A DNA stretch of 63,546 bases, the filler included, from Guillardia theta CCMP2712 (taxonomy: Eukaryota; Protista; Cryptophyta), in the NCBI RefSeq assembly GCF_000315625.1. It is 4 parts of 4 records of this genome, joined end to end, with 100 filler letters (N's around TTAATTAATTAA, not from the genome) between each part and the next. Parts side by side here need not be neighbours in the genome. Positions count along the whole stretch, not along the records: positions 36,660 to 59,128 come from NW_005434617.1; positions 59,229 to 63,546 come from NW_005434153.1; 2 more parts are not named here. One strand, 5' to 3'. Of the stretch, positions 55,871 through 63,546 are shown piece after piece (position 1 is the first letter of the stretch; the number at the start of each line of letters is the position of its first letter). Position numbers and translations under genes: made by a program. The notes below the pieces were generated by a model. That model saw nothing but the letters and a program-made list of their open reading frames with translations, did not search any database and was not told the DNA's origin.

Positions 55871-57078
55871 CCTGCATCGGGTGGGCCTGGGTTGCCAAAG
55901 GACCGATCCTGGAACTGTCAGGTTGCCAGAGCCTGATGACAGCAATCTTCGACGAGCTCCTGCTGTACCGGATACTGTTGGAGTAGAGGTGCTCGAGTCA
56001 GAAAGATGTCCGACCCACCAGGAGAAGGCTGGGGATCCTACGGAAATCGACCTCTGGCTTCTTGTCGTGAGGCAGCCCCGCGACGAAGTTTGGCGATGGC
56101 GGCTAGAGAGATAGACTAGCCCTCGATGAAGGACAAATTCCTCTGATGTACAAGCTATATGAGATGATCCCTCAGAGATAGGGAGCTGGCGTGCAGATGA
56201 TCGAGCAACACACAAGATCCTTGCTACCCCAATTCTGTTGATCTCTCTCGAAAGAGCGGGGATACAGCACGCCTTCAACAAGAAGTTCCGGCTCCCCAAC
56301 ACCATCTCTTCTTCTGTTTACCAGCATGCAGCGCTGCTCTTCTCTTGTTTCTTGCGCTCCTGCTCTCCTCAGTTCACCGACCACCAAAGTTTCGGCTTGA
56401 CACAGGGTGTAGGGGGTGATTAGCAGGCTCCAAGTACGGGTGTAAAGCCTATTGGCAACAGGGGGTAGTCAAGATGCTGTGATGATCTCAACGGTATGGT
56501 AGGGCTCATCTTTGAGTAAAACTTTAGTCAAATAGAAGGGTATAAAGCCCTCGAAATAGTCAAGATATATCTTAATAAGATCAATATGTTTTATTACATA
56601 GTAGAAATAGAAACAGTTTGTGTTATTTAGACCATTTCTGGCCTATTGGTAGAAATCGTTGGAACTTGATGAAACAGGGTTAAAATATGAGAATAATATT
56701 AATTTAACAATTAACGCTAAGTATAAGCCTTCTCGCTGGAATTCGGTGGAATAGCCGACTAAGTCCCCTATTAAAGTATCACATCGTTATTTCATATAAT
56801 GAAATAATCATTATAATTGTTGTATTAGCATGTAAATGTACTATTAACTGATGTTCCCTCGAGTCTTCCACGCGTTCTGCACCCCCTGCTCCCCACCCTC
56901 CAACAAATTACAACCCCACCCATCATCTCACCACCCACCATATCGTACACATTACCCCAATAATTACCCAATATTTATATGAAATATTGGGTGGGGGTCA
57001 TGACCACATCAGCCTCTGTGGTCATGTGAAGCCTACATAACCCCCCCTTTGCAGCAGTCGTCCTCAACCTCTGTTGCC

Positions 57079-57378
57079 ATGGCAGCCCGCCGCCTCAAGC
57101 CTCTCCTCGACCGCGTTCTCGTCCAGCGCCTCGAGACTGCCACCAAGATAGGAAGCGTGTACCTCCCTGACACAGCGCAGAGCAAGACCCACCAGGGAAC
57201 TGTCCTTGCCACTGGACCAGGGGCAAGGACAACCGCCGGGGAAACTATCCCCATGTCTGTGAAGGAGGGAGATACGGTGTTGTTGCCGGAGTATGGAGGG
57301 GACAAGGTGAAGATCGACGACAAGGAGTATCTTCTCCTGCGCGAGACTGAGATTCTAGGAGTTCTGGACACGAAGTAG
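57079..57378 (+). CDS. HSP10: 10 kDa chaperonin (mitochondrial-type)
   Basis: MAARRLKPLLDRVLVQR..GTVLATGPG..SVKEGDTVLLPEYGG..LLRETEILGVL. Confidence 0.97.
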   Translation: MAARRLKPLLDRVLVQRLETATKIGSVYLPDTAQSKTHQGTVLATGPGARTTAGETIPMSVKEGDTVLLPEYGGDKVKIDDKEYLLLRETEILGVLDTK

Positions 57379-57756
57379 TTGTTGGTGTCTCGGTGAAAGA
57401 GTAAAGGTTGCACGAGATGATCGCTTCAGGGTTAGAGGTTGAGCGAGGTTGTCTTGTGCTTGTTTTTTGTTAGCTCGGAAGATAAGATACCTTTCTCACT
57501 TCTTCAGACGTTGTTTGTTTGTGCAGGCAGAGCTTCTCCTTCTCCTGGGTTCTTTTTTTTTCAGTGCCCCTGGCAGCGAAAGCTCGCCAGCCAACAAACA
57601 GAGAATGAGGGCACAAACAAGCTTCAACAGGAGACTTGAGCGGGAGGCAGGCAACCAGGTTGTTCTGTGCATGTAACTTGATCGACGAAGGAGAACATAC
57701 TTTGCTGGATGGCTAGTGCGGAATGCAAACAGCCAGACGATACTGCTCTTTGTCCT

Positions 57757-58860
57757 TCAGAAATGTTTAGATAGGTCACGCGTCCTGTACGGATTCTCCT
57801 CCCCATCGTCCTTGCTGGAAAGCTCCTCCTCCAGCCAGCTAGCGGCTACTCCCGACGATCCACTTCGCTCCACCATCCACTCATCCTCGTCCCTTGCTCT
57901 CACAGCAGGCAGGCAGTCCTGTGCTGATGTAGTCGGCCTTGTCCTGCCCTTGCCCCTTGCCCTGCTCCCCTTGCCCCTCCCCCTCCCCCGCGTCCACCAC
58001 CCAGAGAAGTCAATCTGCTTCTGCTTCTTCTTCTCCAGCAGCTCCTCTCGCAGAGTTTGTCTGCGTTCGAGGTCAGCATGTACACCTTCAGGAAGTGGGA
58101 GGGACCTGAGTTGAAGGCGGAGGTTCACCCACCATGTATGACATCGCCTCTGATGTCCAATATCAGCCCTCACTGCTATCGACAAGCACCACCACCTCCA
58201 CCCACACGACCTCCTCCTCCTCCTCCTCCTCCTCCTCCTCCTCCTCCTCCTCCTCCTCCTCCTCCTCTTCATCATCATCCTTCAGTCCTTAGTCTTGGTT
58301 GCGCACCTCTAGCCGTTACCCCGCCCCCCTCCTCCTCTCCCTCCCCCTCACTCTCCGCACCTGCATGATGGTCTGCGTATCCACGTCGTCCCGTAGCCGG
58401 TGAAGCAGCGAGGGCAGCTGCTTCCACGAGTCGAGGTAAAGGAAGGGAGCGCGGGAGAGGGGATGCCCATCCTCTTGCACCTGATCCAAACCCTGAGCCC
58501 AGCGAACGGAGGAGGAGGAGGAGGAGGAGGAGGAGAGGGTGTGAGTCATGTGAGTCGTGAAGCCAAAACAGTGCAGAGGAGGAGGAGGAGGAGGGGGGGA
58601 GTGGGGGGGGGGGGCGGCGGGGCGGGAGGTAACGACCTCTGCCTTGAGCATGACAGGTATGGCTCCCATCTCGAGAGCCTCGTACAACCTCATCGTTTCA
58701 GCACTGCCAAGATGTCAGAGAGGGAGAGGTGGTGGTGGAGGATGATGATGATGAGGAGAACTCACTGATGGCCATAGGGGATCAGAGCGAACTTGCTGTT
58801 CTGCAAAAGAGAGGTATACTCGATGGCCGACAGCTGGCCCCCTGCGAGAAGATTGAGAGG
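57757..58860 (-). CDS. Exostosin/GT47 (RXYLT1-like) glycosyltransferase C-terminal exons
   Basis: SAETMRLYEALEMGAIPV and PFLYLDSWKQLPSLL. The 5' part probably lies toward or in the gap. Confidence 0.6.
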
Positions 58861-59227
58861 AGTAGCGGCGAGGAGGCGCGGGGGAGCAGGAGGGAGGGAG
58901 ACGAGAGTCGAGCTCGAGGGGGTCGAATGAGATAGAGAGATGAACGTGCAAGTAAGAGAAGGAAAAGATCGGAGGGATCGAGGAGGAAGGTAATCAGGAG
59001 AAGGGAGCGGGGTTGAAGAAAAGTTTGGAGAAAGATAGAGATGGGGAGGGAGGCAGCGGCAGTAGCAGCAGGACGAGGAACGAGGTTACAGGGGAGGGAG
59101 AGGATGGAAAGGAGGACAGAAGCAGGGGNNNNNNNNNNNNNNNNNNNNNNNNNNNNNNNNNNNNNNNNNNNNTTAATTAATTAANNNNNNNNNNNNNNNN
59201 NNNNNNNNNNNNNNNNNNNNNNNNNNN

Positions 59228-59475
59228 NGTGTCCGGAGATTGGCCGGGGGCCTGATCTCTCCGGGCGGCCGTGACCGGTCAGCGGACCGTGTCAGCAGGC
59301 CCGTGACATGTCAGCCGGCTGACAGGGTCCGTGACCCGGCTGACAGGCTCACCTGACCGGTCACGTGACACATCACGTGACCGAGACAAGACTTTTTTAT
59401 ATCGCAGATCCAAAAACCCATAGGACATTTCTCCCAGGGGGAAGAAAACCTCCCTTGACCCCCCTGTTTCTCGAC
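59228..59475. repeat. Partial 332-bp satellite unit
   Basis: Matches the units at 61928-63508. Confidence 0.95.
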
Positions 59476-61927
59476 CATTCTGGGGTCTTTTGTGGAAGTT
59501 GTAGTCTGGAGGGTGGTGGGTGCGGAAATGGGGGTCATACGACGATTTTCAGCTATACCTGAAATCTAATTAGTAATATTTCAGGTTCATGTCCAAATCC
59601 TGTTTATTAATGGCTTTTTAAATTTTGAAGCCGGGGCACACGCCATCCCCCCCCTTCCACGCTTCTCCCTGAGCTTCCCCTCCTCCCTCGGGCCTTGCCT
59701 GCCCTTGCAAGTTGTACTCTTCGCTCTCCATTCTTCAGCTCCCTCAGTCACAACGCTTCTGGATCTCTCTGCTCTCCTCCGAAATTTATTTCCTCCTGAG
59801 TTTCATGCCTTACACACGCTCACGGCCTGTGCAAGGTTGAGTTACAGATAACTGCAACATGGCGCATCTTGACAAGGAAGCTCTTCGTACCGTGCCATGC
59901 AAGACCGTTGTCAAGCCCTACATGGCACTTTGCCAGTAGATCTACCGGGAGAAGGTTTGTTTCGTCGTTTGATGGAAACTAGGAGCGACGAATGCAACAG
60001 TGATCGACAGCCTTGGATTTTTTCTTGCTGCAATGGGTTAAAATGCTGATATGAATAGTCTCAGGCTTATTTTCGGACAGTGACAAAGAACAGAAAGCAT
60101 GGAAATATTCGATGATTCAAAGCTCCAACACCTTCGATGGTTGTGACATTTTGAAGTCGAGGGTTTCACTATGCATGACAGTGAGCATTGTTCAATTCAA
60201 CATTATAATGATAAAAAGAGCAATATGAATCCATGGAATGTTCACAAAGTTGACGCTGTGATTGAGAGCAATCTCATACACGTAAACATTTTTTTTTCCT
60301 TTCAGCGTACCGTGATTAACATGCGCACTTCAATGTCTTACTTTCTAGGTTTGCTTCGCGAAGTCCATTGCAGCCAGTGCGCGCAATCTTGAACTTTCAC
60401 GGATGGTTAATTTTGTTGAGAGCTTTCACTTTTTGTGATGTTAGCATACAATCATACCTTCATTCAGGATTCTTTCATCGTTTCATTAAGGTTTCTTTCA
60501 TTGCAATCATGTTCATCCGTAAGCTTAGAGTCCTAATGATGCGTTCCATACATAAAGGAGACATGCACAGAAATGAACCAACAAATGTTTGTGTGAATTT
60601 CTTGTAAAGTCAACCGCATCATGTATGCATGCTTCTCTATTGTGAAAACCTCTTGTGATTTGCTCAAGTTGTCATTGTCAAGCAAAACCAGTGATGTTTA
60701 GCATTAGCATTTACAACGCTAACATGCATCACTATTTGGAAATCGTAAGATGACATGTTTCTTTCCATGATGTGCACGCATGCATACACTCAGGTGTAGA
60801 CATGAGAAATGACAGTTGATGTATTCAATTCAATCCAGTGCTGCAAGCGCATGGTGCAGGATGTAGAACAACACAAGCACAAGCCCACTTCAAGGTGGTA
60901 TATTTCAGTAAGAATGAACGAGATGAAACATCGCAAAGCATTTGCAAGTCTTCATTAGCACTTTGGCGAGAACATGGCGTATCCATGTGAAACTTGAAGT
61001 GTCGCCCAACACGACGTCGGCATTAAGTTCACGCGGGGCAGGAAGAGCCTGGACTTCGGAAGTAAGCGATAGTCCGATGATGCAAGTTGTAGGGCTATCT
61101 TACCTAAAGGCCGCTCTGTGGGAAACTGATTTGAACAAGGATTTTGAACAAGGATGCGAAAAGCCAGCTCTGCTGTGTATCCAAGAAGTGATCAATCTGT
61201 CGAACTATCCACAGAATCATGATGGTTTTGAATCGCTCTATCGTCATCGAGTCCAAAGCATATGTTCTATCAAGCAATGCAGCAAGTTGCAGCACGCCTT
61301 TGCAACGTAATTTTGTATCCACCACACGCTGAATGGTTTTATCACCAGAGTGAGGGATATCGGCTGTCCGTAAATCGAGGCATGCATGCCAGATGGCAAC
61401 AATTTCATAGTTCTGCTTTCAATCATGTTAGACTACATCAAGATTCGAAGTCTCTAAGCTTGCATAATCGTATCTAGCGCGTTGGTAAGTGCCTTCCCCA
61501 TCGCCTCTTGCCCTGGCCTGTGGTGTCGCCCTGTGGAGTAGAGGAATAAGACCACCTCTACCTTATTTTTTCCAGCGATTTCATCTGGATTGGGGGTAGG
61601 GGGTAGTGATTCAGGTCAAATAACAATGATTCGAAATTTGGGCTCAGAACCCCCTTCATGGATTGTAAGATGTGGGGTGGGGTACTTTTTGACCACTCGT
61701 TACTTCAAATTGAATCGTAACGGTAATCCAAGAGGAGTCTTTTCGACTTACCCAGTGCTAGCTCAAGTTCGAGGTGACCCGGGAATTCTACAAGTACCCC
61801 CACCGACCGAAAACCAGCTTAATACCCCGCAAAAACGGAGGGGTCGGTATCCACCCCTCCCCTGAGAAACGAAATACAAATATCGTCGATTTGTTAAGAA
61901 ACGACTTCCACAAAAGACCCCAGAATG
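59476..61927. mobile_element. 2452-bp TIR DNA transposon, probably non-autonomous or decayed
   Basis: Left end CATTCTGGGGTCTTTTGTGGAAGT pairs perfectly with right end ACTTCCACAAAAGACCCCAGAATG. It is flanked by a GAC duplication, and intact satellite units carry a single GAC there. Confidence 0.9.
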
Positions 61928-63508
61928 GACGGATCCTGCCGGCCGGGCCCGTCAGTAGACCGACTGCAGCCTTCAGCCCCGCCTCAGACCCCCTGGAGGC
62001 CCGCCAGGAGGCTAAGTGTCCGGAGATTGGCCGGGGGCCTGATCTCTCCGGGCGGCCGTGACCGGTCAGCGGACCGTGTCAGCAGGCCCGTGACATGTCA
62101 GCCGGCTGACAGGGGCCGTGACCCGGCTGACAGGCTCACCTGACCGGTCACGTGACACATCACGTGACCGAGACAAGACTTTTTTATATCGCAGATCCAA
62201 AAACCCATAGGACATTTCTCCCAGGGGGAAGAAAACCTCCCTTGAAACACTATCTCACACCACCAATCCTTGCNNNNNNNNNNNNNNNNNNNNNNNNNNN
62301 NNNNNNNNNNNNNNNNNNNNNNNNNNNNNNNNNNNNNNNNNNNNNNNNNNNNNNNNNNNNNNNNNNNNNNNNNCCCCGCCTCAGGCCCCCCTGGAGGGCC
62401 CGCCAGGAGGGCTAAAGTGTCCCGGAGATTGGCCGGGGGCCTCAGCTCTCCGGGCGGCCGTGACCGGTCAGCGGACCGTGTCAGCAGGCCCGTGACATGT
62501 CAGCCGGCTGACAGGGTCCGTGACCCGGCTGACAGGCTCACTGACCGGTCACGTGACACATCACGTGACCGAGACAAGACTTTTTTATATCGCAGATCCA
62601 AAAACCCATAGGACATTTCTCCCAGGGGGAAGAAAACCTCCCTTGACCCCCTGTTTCTCGACGGATCTGCCGGCCGGGCCGGTCAGTAGACCGACTGCAG
62701 CCTTCAGCCCCGCCTCAGACCCCCTGGAGGCCCGCCAGGAGGCTAAGTGTCCGGAGATTGGCCGGGGGCCTGATCTCTCCGGGCGGCCGTGACCGGTCAG
62801 CGGACCGTGTCAGCAGGCCCGTGACATATCAGCCGGCTGACAGGGTCCGTGACCCGGCTGACAGGCTCACCTGACCGGTCACGTGACACATCACGTGACC
62901 GAGACAAGACTTTTTTATATCGCAGATCCAAAAACCCATAGGACATTTCTCCCAGGGGGAAGAAAACCTCCCTTGACCCCCCTGTTTCTCGACGGATCCT
63001 GCCGGCCGGGCCCGTCAGTAGACCGACTGCAGCCTTCAGCCCCGCCTCAGACCCCCTGGAGGCCCGCCAGGAGGCTAAGTGTCCGGAGATTGGCCGGGGG
63101 CCTGATCTCTCCGGGCGGCCGTGACCGGTCAGCGGACCGTGTCAGCAGGCCCGTGACATGTCAGCCGGCTGACAGGGTCCGTGACCCGGCTGACAGGCTC
63201 ACCTGACCGGTCACGTGACACATCACGTGACCGAGACAAGACTTTTTTATATCGCAGATCCAAAAACCCATAGGACATTTCTCCCAGGGGGAAGAAAACC
63301 TCCCTTGACCCCCCTGTTTCTCGACGGATCCTGCCGGCCGGGCCCGTCAGTAGACCGACTGCAGCCTTCAGCCCCGCCTCAGACCCCCTGGAGGCCCGCC
63401 AGGAGGCTAAGTGTCCGGAGATTGGCCGGGGGCCTGATCTCTCCGGGCGGCCGTGACCGGTCAGCGGACCGTGTCAGCAGGCCCGTGACATGTCAGCCGG
63501 CTGACAGG
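61928..63508. repeat. 332-bp tandem satellite array
   Basis: The identical motif recurs at 62883 and 63215 (period 332). At least 4 units are visible around an N-gap. Confidence 0.97.
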
Positions 63509-63546
63509 GGGGCTTGTACACTCTTCTTAGGTTAAATCGAGGGGAT

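Noticed and set aside
62878-62898. GTCACGTG match to yeast centromere CDEI
   Set aside because: A generic E/G-box with no CDEII or CDEIII, so it is not evidence of a point centromere.
62152-63535. Repeated MTHHVTETRL ORFs
   Set aside because: Satellite translations with GTG starts and unit-to-unit frameshifts.

Overview
Gene-dense, GC-rich eukaryotic nuclear scaffold with many short spliceosomal introns (often CTGAC/TGAC just before the 3' AG) that are frequently filled with microsatellites. This style suggests a cryptophyte such as Guillardia theta, but that is inference only. Left end: a rearranged, decayed CRE-like (restriction-like endonuclease) non-LTR retrotransposon whose layout fits twin priming, a caspase-like fragment, a second RT fragment and tRNA-Ser(GCT). 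Middle: PP2C, RPN9, a Hedgehog-type Hint (Hog) protein, a TKL kinase, a pLGIC-like exon, an NCOA5-like RRM protein, WASHC4, CBF5/dyskerin, the 3' end of an OGT/SPINDLY-like gene, a TRPV-like ankyrin channel, an LRR protein, a degenerate kinesin, BCS1, HSP10 and a GT47-like fragment. Two probable microprotein genes (46 and 34 aa) are not correctly represented in the ORF track. Right end: a palindrome-rich 332-bp satellite interrupted by a 2.45-kb DNA transposon with 24-bp TIRs and a 3-bp target-site duplication. Several N-gaps truncate genes. Exon boundaries were read by eye and are approximate.
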